A stretch of 64,000 bases of DNA from NCBI GenBank assembly GCA_963765675.1, contig CAVXXK010000001.1, forward strand, positions 640,001-704,000, written 5' to 3'. The notes under the pieces were generated by a model. That model was not told the DNA's origin, did not search any database, and worked only from the letters and a program-made list of their open reading frames with translations. The stretch is from an uncultured delta proteobacterium. Lineage in GTDB: Bacteria; Desulfobacterota; Binatia; Binatales; Binataceae. Position numbers and translations under genes: made by a program. Shown in pieces: positions 40,539-51,039 of this stretch (positions are counted from its first letter, which is position 1; each line of letters starts with the position of its first letter).

Positions 40539-41447
40539 ATGGATCAATTCAATCAAAGCCTGCCGACCAGGTTAGCGAAGCTGCTGGTAGCAATCGTGTT
40601 TTATGCCGTTACGAGACTATCGCGCGCGGCGAAGATGATACTCGGAGGCCAGCCTCGGCCCGTATGCGTCGGAGTCTTTTATCACCAAATACTTCCCCAG
40701 CACCGCGGGCGTTTTGCCCGCCAGATGGACCATCTACTCAGATGGTCCAAACCGGTCCGTGCCGATCAGGATCGTTTGCCCGATGGTGCTTCGCGTTATG
40801 CGTTTGTGGCCGTCGACGACGGATGGTTGAGTTTCGTCGAAAATGGACTCCCCGAGATGAAGCAACGAGGCATTCCCGTCGCAATTTTTGTTGTTGCGGG
40901 CCGTTTGGGCGAGTCGCTTGGCGAACCCAACGATCGTCTGATTACCGAAGCCGAATTGCGCGATCTGAATTGTGAATTGGTGACAATCGGTTCTCACACC
41001 ACAACCCATGCGCGATTAACGTCGCTTGACGATACCGATGTGATGAGCGAGCTGAATGAATCGCGGGCGACACTCGAGGGCATTCTTCGGCGCGACGTAA
41101 GACTGTTCTGTTTTCCATTCGGCGCGTACCGCGATGCGCATTTGCAACAGTGCTATGCCGCGGGTTACACGCGCGTCTTCGCCAGCACTCCGCTACTCGG
41201 GTCAAGTTGCTCCTCTGGGTTTGTCGTCGGCCGAATCCGTGCCGATCCGACTGACTGGCTGATCGAATTCCGTTTGAAACTGTGCGGTGCGTACCAATGG
41301 ATGGCGATCGTGATGGCTTTGAAGGCGAGATTTCAGCCGCGTTTCGCGCCCGGCGCGCGCGTCGTCCGCAACTCCACTCAGATTCCGCCTTCATCGGTAG
41401 ACTCGATGGTCGCACCGGTCGCTGATTTCGGCAGACATCTCAAGTGA
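40539..41447 (+). CDS. Polysaccharide deacetylase (CE4)
   Basis: FYH, VDDG, IGSHTTTH, FCFPFG. Confidence 0.85.
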   Translation: MDQFNQSLPTRLAKLLVAIVFYAVTRLSRAAKMILGGQPRPVCVGVFYHQILPQHRGRFARQMDHLLRWSKPVRADQDRLPDGASRYAFVAVDDGWLSFVENGLPEMKQRGIPVAIFVVAGRLGESLGEPNDRLITEAELRDLNCELVTIGSHTTTHARLTSLDDTDVMSELNESRATLEGILRRDVRLFCFPFGAYRDAHLQQCYAAGYTRVFASTPLLGSSCSSGFVVGRIRADPTDWLIEFRLKLCGAYQWMAIVMALKARFQPRFAPGARVVRNSTQIPPSSVDSMVAPVADFGRHLK

Positions 41448-41453
41448 AGAACC

Positions 41454-43262
41454 ATGACGAACGATAGCGCCCGAGCGAATGAACCGGCCGCGAGCAAGGA
41501 GAGCCGCCGAGCGCATAATTTTCTTCTTGTCTCAGACTTCAATCTGCAGAACCTTGCCTCACTCTTGCGAAAACGCGAGACCGGATTCGCGCTCGACATC
41601 AGAACTGCGGCATTCGGGCAGGTGATGCAGCTTCTATTGTCCCGCGAGGCGAGCACGTGGACGGCGGATCTTGATGGAACCTTGCTTTGGACCTCTCCCG
41701 AAGCGATTTCTCCGACCTACGCCAAAGCACTGCGCTACGAGAATTTCAGCGTCGAGAACGTGCTCGGCGAAGTGGATGAATTCGCACACGCGCTGACCTC
41801 AATCCCTCCGCATGTGCGGCACATTTTCGTGCCTACCTGGTCGTCGTGTCATTCACGCGACACGCGGCGCGGATTACTCGACATGCATCCGCGTCTAGGG
41901 ATCGCGGCGCTTCTCATGAAGATGAACCTGCGCCTGGCTGAAGTCGCCTTGAGGGATTCCCGCGTGCATCTTTTTGATTCGATGCGTTGGATCGCTTCGC
42001 AAGGCGATCGCGCATATGACGACCGGCTCTGGTATTTGTCGAAGACTCCATTTGCAATCGGAGTATTCCGGGAAGCTGCACAGGACCTTGTCGCTGCACT
42101 TAGAGCTGTCGAGGGCAAGTCCCGCAAGCTGGTTATCCTTGATCTGGATGACACGGTGTGGGGCGGTATCGTCGGCGATGTGGGATGGCGCAACTTGCGA
42201 GTCGGTGGTCACGATCCGGTGGGAGAGGCGTACCTGGATTTCCAGCGTGGATTGCGCGGACTCGCTCGGCGAGGAATTTTGCTGGCGATCGCCAGTAAGA
42301 ACCAGGAGCATATCGCGCTCGAAGCCATACGGTCGCATCCTGACATGGTGCTGCGATTGGAGGACTTTTCGGCCTGGCGCATCAATTGGGAAGACAAAGC
42401 CGCAAATGTCGCCGAGCTAGCCGCCGAGCTCAACCTTGGTCTCGAGTCTGCGGTTTTTCTCGACGATAGCCCGACCGAACGCGCGCGAGTCCGCGAGGCG
42501 TTGCCATCAGTGCTGGTGCCAGAATGGCCGAGCAATCCGATCGATTTTCCGCGCGCGTTGCGCGCGCTCGATTGCTTCGACACCCACGTAGTCAGCGACG
42601 AAGATCGAAATCGCACCGCGATGTATGTGTCGGAACGCAAACGAAGGGAGCTGCGAACCGCTTTGGTTACGATCGACGAGTGGTTGATGACGCTGAATGT
42701 GGCGGTCAGCGTCGAAACCCTCGATGACGCCAACCTCGAACGAGCAGTTCAATTGCTCAACAAGACTAATCAAATGAATTTGCGTGTCCGCAGGCTTTCG
42801 AGTCGCGAATTTCGCGCATGGTCCATGGCGCCGGATAATCGGGTGCTGATCTTTCGCATCGCCGATAAGTTCGGCGATTACGGGTTGGCGGGAATCGGAA
42901 GTCTGCACTTCGACCGGTCACGCCACCGCGCATCTGTCGAGGACTTCGTGCTGAGTTGCAGGGTGATGGGTAGAAAGGTCGAAAATGCGATGCTGCATGT
43001 GCTCTGCAAATGCGCCCGCGAAGCCGGCATGAAGGATCTCTCAGCGGATCCTGCGCCGACGGAAAAAAATTACCCGTGCCGCCAATTCTTCGAAGCGGCC
43101 GCGATGCACGCGGCTCCATCCAAGGCAGGCTTTTCCTGGAATCTGAGTACGGAGTTCCTGCTGCCCTCGTCGCTCGAGCTCAATTGGGCAGGCATGAGCA
43201 ATTTAAAGAGCACCGGTGCGCCCGCATCCGATCGCACGCAGCAGGTTGAGGACGATGCCTGA
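41454..43262 (+). CDS. FkbH-like glyceryl-ACP synthase (HAD-IIIC phosphatase + GNAT-like domain)
   Basis: LDLDDTVWGG, SKN, INWEDK, FLDDSPTER, KTNQMN, DKFGDYG, LSCRV. Confidence 0.92.
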   Translation: MTNDSARANEPAASKESRRAHNFLLVSDFNLQNLASLLRKRETGFALDIRTAAFGQVMQLLLSREASTWTADLDGTLLWTSPEAISPTYAKALRYENFSVENVLGEVDEFAHALTSIPPHVRHIFVPTWSSCHSRDTRRGLLDMHPRLGIAALLMKMNLRLAEVALRDSRVHLFDSMRWIASQGDRAYDDRLWYLSKTPFAIGVFREAAQDLVAALRAVEGKSRKLVILDLDDTVWGGIVGDVGWRNLRVGGHDPVGEAYLDFQRGLRGLARRGILLAIASKNQEHIALEAIRSHPDMVLRLEDFSAWRINWEDKAANVAELAAELNLGLESAVFLDDSPTERARVREALPSVLVPEWPSNPIDFPRALRALDCFDTHVVSDEDRNRTAMYVSERKRRELRTALVTIDEWLMTLNVAVSVETLDDANLERAVQLLNKTNQMNLRVRRLSSREFRAWSMAPDNRVLIFRIADKFGDYGLAGIGSLHFDRSRHRASVEDFVLSCRVMGRKVENAMLHVLCKCAREAGMKDLSADPAPTEKNYPCRQFFEAAAMHAAPSKAGFSWNLSTEFLLPSSLELNWAGMSNLKSTGAPASDRTQQVEDDA

Positions 43263-43815
43263 GCAAGCGCCAAGCCGCGGAATCGCGCCAAAATCTTTCG
43301 CGACACGCGTGAAGAATCGCGTGCTGCATCAGCTGGCGCGGACTTTGCCCGGAAGCCGAAGCGTCCGCCCACGCCTGCATCGCCTGCGCGGTGTCGCGAT
43401 CGGTTGCAATGTATTTATCGGTGACGATGTATATATCGAGAATGAATATCCGGAATGCGTTGAAATTGGCGACAACGTGGAGATCGCTCTGCGTACTGTG
43501 ATAATCGCGCATCTCCGGGGACCCGGCGGAATAGTAATCGAGCGAGACGCCTGGATTGGAGCATGTTGTCTGATTAGTTGCGTCAGCGATCGAATACTGA
43601 CTATTGGCGAAGGTGCGGTAATTGGAGCCGGGTCAATAATAACAAGCAACGTTGCTGCTCACGCATTCATCAGACCAGCACCGTCGGAGCAGGTCGCGAC
43701 GGCGGCCGTGCCGCTGGCGATCGCGCCTTCGTATTTTGCGTTTTTCCGCGGATTGAGGCCCGTGCGCGCACGCGGAGCTGGCATCGATTCAGGATCCAGA
43801 AACGAGGTGCGCTGA
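43255..43815 (+). CDS. Left-handed beta-helix acyltransferase
   Basis: Hexapeptide repeats IGCNVFIGDDVYI, IGDNVEI, IGEGAVIGAGSII. Confidence 0.82.
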   Translation: MPEQAPSRGIAPKSFATRVKNRVLHQLARTLPGSRSVRPRLHRLRGVAIGCNVFIGDDVYIENEYPECVEIGDNVEIALRTVIIAHLRGPGGIVIERDAWIGACCLISCVSDRILTIGEGAVIGAGSIITSNVAAHAFIRPAPSEQVATAAVPLAIAPSYFAFFRGLRPVRARGAGIDSGSRNEVR

Positions 43816-44153
43816 TGGCGGCGAAGCACAACAATAGCAACCCCGCCACGCGCAGAACCGCGACCGCCGAAGGCGTGGTTTCGCGAGCCATCGACCAAGT
43901 CAACGAGCTGCTGGCTGAATCGCAGCAATTGAAAAAGGATCGGTTGACGCCACTGATCGATCCCAATACGACTCTCGATTCGCTGTCGGTGATCAATCTC
44001 CTGGTGTTTATCGAAGATAATTTTCGTGAATCATTCGATCGCGAAATTGTGCTCGCCGGAGAAGCCGGCGACGCGATGATCACCCCGGGCGCGCTCAGGA
44101 CGGTCGGCAGCCTGACAGACGCGCTCAATACGATTCTTCGTGAGGAATCCTGA
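43815..44153 (+). CDS. Acyl carrier protein-like
   Basis: About 112 aa; LDSLSVINLLVFIED phosphopantetheine Ser motif; TVGSL; TGATG-coupled to the upstream gene. Confidence 0.78.
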   Translation: MAAKHNNSNPATRRTATAEGVVSRAIDQVNELLAESQQLKKDRLTPLIDPNTTLDSLSVINLLVFIEDNFRESFDREIVLAGEAGDAMITPGALRTVGSLTDALNTILREES

Positions 44154-45930
44154 CGCGACGATGGCATCGCGGCTGGCACTGTTATCCTCTCGACGCTCGC
44201 GAACGTCCGACGAAAAACTCATTCGTCTTGCGGCAGTGATGGGTATTGAGACGGCGGTCTATCAAGTAGAAGGCACGGCGTCGGCAATGCAAATGGCTTC
44301 GGTACTCCAGACTGCCGGCGAGCGAGTGCTGGCGGCGCGCGCGGACACCGTTTCGATGCTTGGCCGAGAGTCGGAAAGTGCGTGTGCAGGGCGGCTCCTC
44401 ACGGGCATCAAATCCGCCTTCATATACGGCGCCGGAGAACCAGGCGCAGGTTCGGCCGTCGGTGAACTCACCGGTGGGCGCCTGGAAGGGACAACCAAGA
44501 TCCTCGACTCCGCGATCGTATGTGGAATTAGCGGCGTATCCGACGGCTGTGCGCAACTCTCAGGAATGTCGTTTTCGGTTAACCATCAGTCGGGGCTGCA
44601 GGCCTTCACGGGAAACTGGTTCGACGCGACCGAGGAGCTGATCTCGCTCCAGACCCGACCGTTTCTAGTGACTCTGCAACGGTTCGGCTGCCAATGTTTT
44701 CTGCTCGCGGCAAGCGAAATTGCCGATGTGGACGCTCCAGTGCCGGACGCAAACCTTGGAGAAGAAATCGCGCCAGCATTGCTGCCCGCGATGATCTTCA
44801 TGCGCCAGAGTTTTGGTGATCGATGCTGGAGCAATCCGCGGCGCCATGGGACCGTGACGATTGACGATCCGTTGCTGCGGCCGCGATATGGGTGCCTTAC
44901 CTACGATCGGCTGGTCGCGGCGATGCGCACGCATCGGTTCGCGAGCACCATCGCCTTCATTCCGTGGAATTATCGCAGAAGCGACCCGGTGACCACGGAA
45001 CTATTCAAACGCAATCGGGACATATTGTCGATCTGCACGCACGGATGCGATCATTCAGCCGGAGAGTTCGGGATTCGCGATCGGCGGGTTCTTCGAGCAA
45101 AAGCACGACTCGCGCTGGAACGAGCGCAGCGGCACAAGCAAATCAGCGGGGTCGGATTCGAACCGATCATGATCTTTCCGCAAGGCGTATTCTCGAATTC
45201 CGCTCTACCCGCGCTCAGAGCGGAGGGATATCTGGCAGCCGTGAATACGTCGGTGCATCCCGCGGAACCGGATGACAGCGGTCCGACGCTTGGGGATTTG
45301 CTTGACGGCGCCGTCACGCGAGCAGGTTTTCCCCTTTTCTCGAGAAGGTATCCGCGCTCGATTGCTGAGTTCGCACTCGATCTCTTTCTCGGCAAACCAC
45401 TTCTTATCACCGCGCATCATCAGAATTTCAGAAATGATGCTCGCGAAATCTCAGAATGGGCGGATCGCATTAATTCTATCGATCCCCACCTTACCTGGGC
45501 TCCGCTCGAGACGACGCTGTGTTCCACCGCGCTGCACCGCCGGACTGGCCCGCATGGCAGCGAAGTTCGCTTCTTCACGGATGAACTGAATCTTGCCAAT
45601 CCGTATACCGAGCCCGCGGTCCTGTCTCTGTCAAAGCAGATCGATAGTTCCATTCCGCCAGCAGGAGTTATGGTTGACGGACGTGCGATCGACTTCGAGG
45701 CCGACAGGGGCTCGCTCACGACGCAATTGAAACTCGCCCCACGCGCGAGCGTTGAGCTGAAAATAATCAATGTCGCGCACGGCGGCTCTTTATCTTCCGG
45801 CACCCTTCACCACCACGAACCAGGAATCGCCGCGCGCCGCTTTTTGTCCGAATTCCGCGATAATTATCTGGCGCGAAGCGACGCGCTGACGGCTCTGTCG
45901 CGCAAAGCGGCCCGGCTGATCCAGCGATGA
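44140..45930 (+). CDS. Hypothetical protein with a polysaccharide-deacetylase-like core
   Basis: TIDDP, IAFIPWN, THGCDH, IFPQG, HH motifs. Confidence 0.65.
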   Translation: MRNPDATMASRLALLSSRRSRTSDEKLIRLAAVMGIETAVYQVEGTASAMQMASVLQTAGERVLAARADTVSMLGRESESACAGRLLTGIKSAFIYGAGEPGAGSAVGELTGGRLEGTTKILDSAIVCGISGVSDGCAQLSGMSFSVNHQSGLQAFTGNWFDATEELISLQTRPFLVTLQRFGCQCFLLAASEIADVDAPVPDANLGEEIAPALLPAMIFMRQSFGDRCWSNPRRHGTVTIDDPLLRPRYGCLTYDRLVAAMRTHRFASTIAFIPWNYRRSDPVTTELFKRNRDILSICTHGCDHSAGEFGIRDRRVLRAKARLALERAQRHKQISGVGFEPIMIFPQGVFSNSALPALRAEGYLAAVNTSVHPAEPDDSGPTLGDLLDGAVTRAGFPLFSRRYPRSIAEFALDLFLGKPLLITAHHQNFRNDAREISEWADRINSIDPHLTWAPLETTLCSTALHRRTGPHGSEVRFFTDELNLANPYTEPAVLSLSKQIDSSIPPAGVMVDGRAIDFEADRGSLTTQLKLAPRASVELKIINVAHGGSLSSGTLHHHEPGIAARRFLSEFRDNYLARSDALTALSRKAARLIQR

Positions 45931-45963
45931 AGAGCGCCCAAGAGAAGGACGCGAGTTAAACCT

Positions 45964-46818
45964 ATGTTGCTTCAGAAAATTCGTCATCAGCGTAGTGCAC
46001 GTTACCGAATTCTTCGGGAACGCTTGACTGAACCGATCCATCTGAATGCCGCCGCGCTAGGGGTAGCACTGTTTGGCTCTTTTCGCGCCAAGGTGGCGTG
46101 CGATCTGATTGCTCGCCCGCATTACGCATATGGGCTGTTGGCCGCGGCCGACCAGGCAATTGAGGCGGGATTATCATCCTTTACCGCAGTGGAATTCGGA
46201 GTGGCGTCCGGCGAGGGTCTGCTCAACCTGTGCAAGATCGCCGAACAGCTGAGTGAAGCTACCGGTATCGCGGTGAATATCGCCGGCTTCGACAGCGGCA
46301 CGGGGATGCCGGAGCCGGTGGATTATCGCGATCATCCGGAGGAGTTTCAGGCCGGCGACTTTCCAATGGAATTCGACAAACTGCAGTCGCGGCTGCCGTC
46401 GAACTGTCGCCTGATTCTTGGGCCGGTCCGCGAGACGGTTCCACAATTCCTGGCTTCGCTCACGAGTACGTCACCGCTCGGGTTCGCCGCCTTCGATTTG
46501 GACTACTACACGTCGACCAGCGAAGCGTTCGCACTGTTGGCCGATCGGGATACGTCAAAGTACCTGTTCCTGCCGGTCCTTTATTTCGACGATATTGTGC
46601 TACCCAATTACAACGAGTGGGCAGGCGAGCTTCTGGCCGTTAAAGACTTCAATTCGCAGCATGAGTTGCGCAAGATCGAGCAATACCGCTTTTTGCGTTC
46701 GCGCCGCATCTTCAAGAATGCTCGATGGATCGATCAGATGTATTTGCTGCATCTGTTCGATCACGCGTGGCTCTATCGCAAACGCGAAGTGCGTGCGATG
46801 CCGAACGTGTACTTTTGA
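45964..46818 (+). CDS. TylF/MycF-like O-methyltransferase-fold protein
   Basis: VEFGVASG, GFDSGTGMP, DLDYYTST, FDD. Confidence 0.6.
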   Translation: MLLQKIRHQRSARYRILRERLTEPIHLNAAALGVALFGSFRAKVACDLIARPHYAYGLLAAADQAIEAGLSSFTAVEFGVASGEGLLNLCKIAEQLSEATGIAVNIAGFDSGTGMPEPVDYRDHPEEFQAGDFPMEFDKLQSRLPSNCRLILGPVRETVPQFLASLTSTSPLGFAAFDLDYYTSTSEAFALLADRDTSKYLFLPVLYFDDIVLPNYNEWAGELLAVKDFNSQHELRKIEQYRFLRSRRIFKNARWIDQMYLLHLFDHAWLYRKREVRAMPNVYF

Positions 46819-47172
46819 CACAGGCAAAATAGTTGGTCCACGCGTTATATCCAAATGAGCGGAGCGGTGCTGCGATTTTCGCGGCAGCATGCTTGCGGAT
46901 CGTAATCCGCGTGATGCGCACCATATCGGACTGTGCGTGATTTGATCTCGCGGTTGCATCAAATAGCTCGCGATCAAACGACACGCCAATTCAAAACAAA
47001 TGATGATCGCGGTGCCGCTCAAATTTGCGAAATTATTTAGCGTAGTTTTCATATTGAGTTTGTAACGAATCACTTCTTCACGCGTCTAACAATTCAACTA
47101 GTGCCTTGAATGTAAATCTTTCTTGGTACCGACAGGACGGAAAAGATTTTCGGCTACTCAGGCACATCTGAG

Positions 47173-47188
47173 CGGTACCAGAATTGCT
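47173..47188 (+). promoter_or_regulatory. Putative sigma54 promoter upstream of the NtrC-type regulator
   Basis: CGGTACCAGAATTGCT (GG-N8-TTGC); inverted repeat AAATCTTT/AAAGATTT at 47114-47149 upstream. Confidence 0.5.
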
Positions 47189-47266
47189 GCCAAATGGAGA
47201 ATGCGGGGCTTCTGTACAATCAAACCCGTTTGTTTCTGAAAACTCCTAACCTGGATTTAACTGACG

Positions 47267-48640
47267 ATGAGCGACGCGAAACGAATTCTGGTCGCGGAAG
47301 ACGATCCGTCAACCCGCAACGCTTGGTCCGAGCTTATAGATTCATGGGGATACCAGATCATCGCTGCCGAGGACGGCGTGCGTGCGCTTGAACTGGTTCA
47401 TCTGAGCGAGCCGGACATCTTGTTGCTCGACTTGAAGCTCCCGCGCAAGGATGGCCTGGAAGTTCTTGCCGAGCTCCGAGACCAGGGCGCGCAGCAACCC
47501 ACAATCATAGTGTCAGGCGAGGGCGAGATTCCCGACGCGGTAAAGTCGATGAAGCTGGGGGCTTACGATTATCTGCGCAAGCCCGTGGACCTGCCTCATC
47601 TTAAGGTTCTGCTCCATAACCTGAGCGATCACCTGAACATCAGCGCGGAAAACCGGCGATTGCGTCAGAGGCTGATCCAGGTTGGCGAGTTGGGTCCGCT
47701 GATCGGCGAGTCGCCAGCTATGCGCCGCGTCATGCTGGCGATCGAGCAGGTTGCGCCAAGCAATGCTCCCGTGATTATCACCGGCTCGAGCGGCTGCGGC
47801 AAAGAAATCGTTGCGCGAACGATCCACGATCTGTCGGCGCGTCGTGACGGTCCCTATGTCGCGGTGAATTGTGCCGCGCTGCCCGAATCGCTGATGGAGA
47901 GCGACTTGTTTGGCCACGAACGAGGAGCGTTTACCGGCGCGGACAGAAAGCGCGAAGGATGCTTCGAGTTGGCGCGGGGAGGAACCTTGCTCCTCGACGA
48001 AATAAGCGAAATGCGTGTCGATCTGCAGGCTAAACTGCTCCGCGTGCTCGAAGATCAGAAGATGCGCCGGCTGGGCGGTGTCACCGAAATTCCGCTCGAC
48101 GTGCGGGTGCTCGCGGCCTCAAACCGAGACCTTGGCGCGGCGATCCGCGAGGGAAAATTCCGGCAGGATCTTTTCTTCCGACTCAATGTATTTTCAATCG
48201 AAGTACCACCGTTACGAAAACGCCTCGAGGATCTCCCGGTGCTCATCAATCATTTTCTGCACCTGTTCGCGAATCCCGACGGCACAGGAATTAGCGGCGT
48301 CGATGCCGATTGCCTGGAGGCGATGAGAGCGTACTCGTGGCCCGGAAATGTCCGCGAGTTGCGAAATGCGATCCAGCGCGCGGCGGTGGTAGCGCGAGGA
48401 CCTCTGATGACAGTCGCGGATTTGCCCCCCGATGTCACTGGGCGCGGAATCGCCAAGGAGGCAGTCGAGACTCGGGTCGGATGTTCTCTGGAAGAGGCCG
48501 AGCAGGAATTGATCCTTCGGACGCTCGACGCGCAGCACGGAAATAAAGTGCGCACCGCCGAAATTCTCCACATCAGTTTAAAGACTCTTTACAATCGCTT
48601 GGGAAAGTACCGCGCCGCGAAGCAATCTCAAACGAACTGA
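47267..48640 (+). CDS. Sigma54-dependent response regulator (NtrC family)
   Basis: Receiver domain (EDD, LLDLKLP), [27 protein letters not shown]-terminal HTH. Confidence 0.95.
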   Translation: MSDAKRILVAEDDPSTRNAWSELIDSWGYQIIAAEDGVRALELVHLSEPDILLLDLKLPRKDGLEVLAELRDQGAQQPTIIVSGEGEIPDAVKSMKLGAYDYLRKPVDLPHLKVLLHNLSDHLNISAENRRLRQRLIQVGELGPLIGESPAMRRVMLAIEQVAPSNAPVIITGSSGCGKEIVARTIHDLSARRDGPYVAVNCAALPESLMESDLFGHERGAFTGADRKREGCFELARGGTLLLDEISEMRVDLQAKLLRVLEDQKMRRLGGVTEIPLDVRVLAASNRDLGAAIREGKFRQDLFFRLNVFSIEVPPLRKRLEDLPVLINHFLHLFANPDGTGISGVDADCLEAMRAYSWPGNVRELRNAIQRAAVVARGPLMTVADLPPDVTGRGIAKEAVETRVGCSLEEAEQELILRTLDAQHGNKVRTAEILHISLKTLYNRLGKYRAAKQSQTN

Positions 48641-48667
48641 GCCCGCACGCCAGAGGGGACCTGGATT

Positions 48668-50497
48668 ATGGGCCTGCGCTCTAAACTTGCGATCGCGTTT
48701 CTAGGGTTGTTGATGGCCGTGGTCTTCACGATCGGTGCGATACAAATCAATCGCACGATGAAGCTGACGATCGGTGATCTTGCGGCCTCGGGCGACCTGC
48801 TGACAGGCCAAGCCTACGAACAAATGCGCGTTACGCTTGCCTCCGCGCATGGCGATCCACTTACTGCACTGGCCCACGATTCTTCATTGCGCGCGCTGCT
48901 CGATTCGTATCGCGCGTTCGGCAAGGGCGTGGCCTATGCACGAATAGAGAGTCCCGATGGCTCGGTGATCATCTCGACGCCCGAGTCTCCGGGCGCTCCC
49001 GCGGTCCCGCCGGTTCAATCGTTCGAGAACCTGCAGGCGGAAACTTCGTCATGGCTACGAATGACAAGAGTGTTTCTGCTGTGGGGCGATTCGACATACG
49101 AAATGCGCCGGGAGATTCGGATCAATGGAAAGCCGTTTGCGGTTCTCGACGTCGGCCTATCAACGGCACTGACCGCGAGCGAACTCAAACGCTCGATTCG
49201 CGAAGTGCTGATAGTCGCGGCGATTGCCGTTGCGGCCGCAATAGCCGTTGCAATGTTCCTCGCCGGCATGCTGCTGCGCCCAGTAGCCGCTATGGCTACT
49301 GGCGTGGATGAACTCGCGGCAGGACTGGAAACGCAGAAAGTCAGAATCGGCGGTCGTGACGAGCTTAGCTCGCTCGCGGAGAAGTTTAATCGGCTATCGC
49401 AGCGGCTCAACCGCGATCGGTCGCGATGGGAACAGGATCGCGGACAGTTTTTCAGCATCTTTCGCTCGATCACCGACGCGGTGTTGCTGCTCGATTCGGC
49501 AGGCGCGATCCTGTTCGCAAACTCGGAAGCGATCGGGCGCCTTGGACTGCCTGCTGGAGGTGTCACCGACGGCAAGGCAATAAGGTTGCTGCTCGGCAAA
49601 AACCATCCTCTGACCCGGATGATCGAGGCGGTGTATGCCACTGCAACCGAGGTTCATGACGTCGCCATTCAAATGGACGATGGCGCGACCAGTAGCCTCC
49701 TGGTTTCGATATTCTCTCTTGGAAACGGACACGCGCCTGCGGGCCTTTTGGTAATTGTCCGCGATCTGGAACCGGTACGGGAACTGGAAACTGTAGTCGA
49801 TCAATCGGCGCGTCTGGCCCGGCTCGGCGCTCTTGTCACTGGCATCGCGCATCAGGTTCGCACCCCACTTAACGCCATGAATCTGCAGCTCGAATTGGCA
49901 ACCCAGGACACCGACCGTGGATTGCCGATCACTTCGCGCCTGGAGGCCGTTAGGCGCGAGATGCACCGCGTGGACGATGCGGTCTGCGCGCTGACCCGAT
50001 TTATCCGTCCCGAGACGCTGCAACTCGAGGCGATCGAGCTCAATGAAATGATCCAGGAGGTCGCGGCGCGGGTGCTACGGCCGGGGATTAAGGTCGAGTA
50101 CGACTTTGATGAGCGCACACCATTGGTCACCGCGGATCGCGCACTGCTCAGCGAAGCGATCAGAAACGTAGCGATCAACGCGGTCGAGGCGATGCCCGAT
50201 GGCGGTTTGATCGCGTTTCAGACTCATTTGACCGTCGAAGGATTCGTTGAAATCAAGATTGCCGATCGCGGCAACGGGATTCCATCGGAGCAGCTCGAAC
50301 GAATTTTTCAGCTCTATTTTACGACCAAGAATAGCGGCACCGGCATCGGGCTGCCGCTTGCGACCCGCGCGATCGATCTTCATCGCGGAACTCTCGAGGT
50401 CTCTTCAGAGGTGGGCACCGGTACGACGATAACAATTCGTCTTCCTATCGAAGATCAAACCGACGCGATGCCGGCCACCGCGCTCGCAGCCGACTAA
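48668..50497 (+). CDS. Sensor histidine kinase (TM-HAMP-PAS-HisKA-HATPase)
   Basis: GRDEL HAMP, AHQVRTPL H-box, NAVEA, DRGNGI, GTGIGL. Confidence 0.93.
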   Translation: MGLRSKLAIAFLGLLMAVVFTIGAIQINRTMKLTIGDLAASGDLLTGQAYEQMRVTLASAHGDPLTALAHDSSLRALLDSYRAFGKGVAYARIESPDGSVIISTPESPGAPAVPPVQSFENLQAETSSWLRMTRVFLLWGDSTYEMRREIRINGKPFAVLDVGLSTALTASELKRSIREVLIVAAIAVAAAIAVAMFLAGMLLRPVAAMATGVDELAAGLETQKVRIGGRDELSSLAEKFNRLSQRLNRDRSRWEQDRGQFFSIFRSITDAVLLLDSAGAILFANSEAIGRLGLPAGGVTDGKAIRLLLGKNHPLTRMIEAVYATATEVHDVAIQMDDGATSSLLVSIFSLGNGHAPAGLLVIVRDLEPVRELETVVDQSARLARLGALVTGIAHQVRTPLNAMNLQLELATQDTDRGLPITSRLEAVRREMHRVDDAVCALTRFIRPETLQLEAIELNEMIQEVAARVLRPGIKVEYDFDERTPLVTADRALLSEAIRNVAINAVEAMPDGGLIAFQTHLTVEGFVEIKIADRGNGIPSEQLERIFQLYFTTKNSGTGIGLPLATRAIDLHRGTLEVSSEVGTGTTITIRLPIEDQTDAMPATALAAD

Positions 50498-50510
50498 TCA
50501 TTCAGCGCCG

Positions 50511-51026
50511 ATGACTGTACCCAAAACAAAATGCCTGCTGCTTTATTGCGCGATCGCAGCCACATTGTCCGGATGTGCGACCGGCAGGTGGCGGCCGCCA
50601 TTATCGAACAATACCTCAGCGTCGTCGAATTCGTACAACGCACGTCCCCGAGGTCCGGCGCCGAGTCCTCGATCGATAGCGACGCCCGAATCCGCGTCCC
50701 TCAGAACCTCGTCGGAGGAAAGATCCCCTGCGCATGTCCCCGCCAAACCATTGGCCAGATCGCCAGTGGCCGTCATCACTATGGGCGATTCCGAGGGTGC
50801 GAAAGCCAAAGCGTCTCAAGTGATAGCCGATACGGCTGCGCGGCTGGGCACTGTCGATCACGAAAAGCTTAGCGCCATCGATGCTACTCAATATGAACAG
50901 GCGACCAGCTTCATGGCCGCGGCGCGTGATGCGATGCAGCAGCAGGACTATCCTGCGGCGAATGGACTCGCGCAAAAGGCCGCAGCCCTGACCGAGCGCA
51001 TCGGAACGACAGCGCTCCCGCAATAA
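50511..51026 (+). CDS. Lipoprotein of unknown function
   Basis: Lipobox LSGC, Pro/Ser-rich linker, helical C-terminus; 13 bp after the kinase. Confidence 0.7.
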   Translation: MTVPKTKCLLLYCAIAATLSGCATGRWRPPLSNNTSASSNSYNARPRGPAPSPRSIATPESASLRTSSEERSPAHVPAKPLARSPVAVITMGDSEGAKAKASQVIADTAARLGTVDHEKLSAIDATQYEQATSFMAAARDAMQQQDYPAANGLAQKAAALTERIGTTALPQ

Positions 51027-51039
51027 GCCATCTGCGCCG

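Noticed and set aside
46819-47170. AT-richer intergenic region as a possible ncRNA or island boundary
   Set aside because: No stable structure, tRNA or att repeat recognised; better explained as the enhancer/promoter region of the NtrC operon
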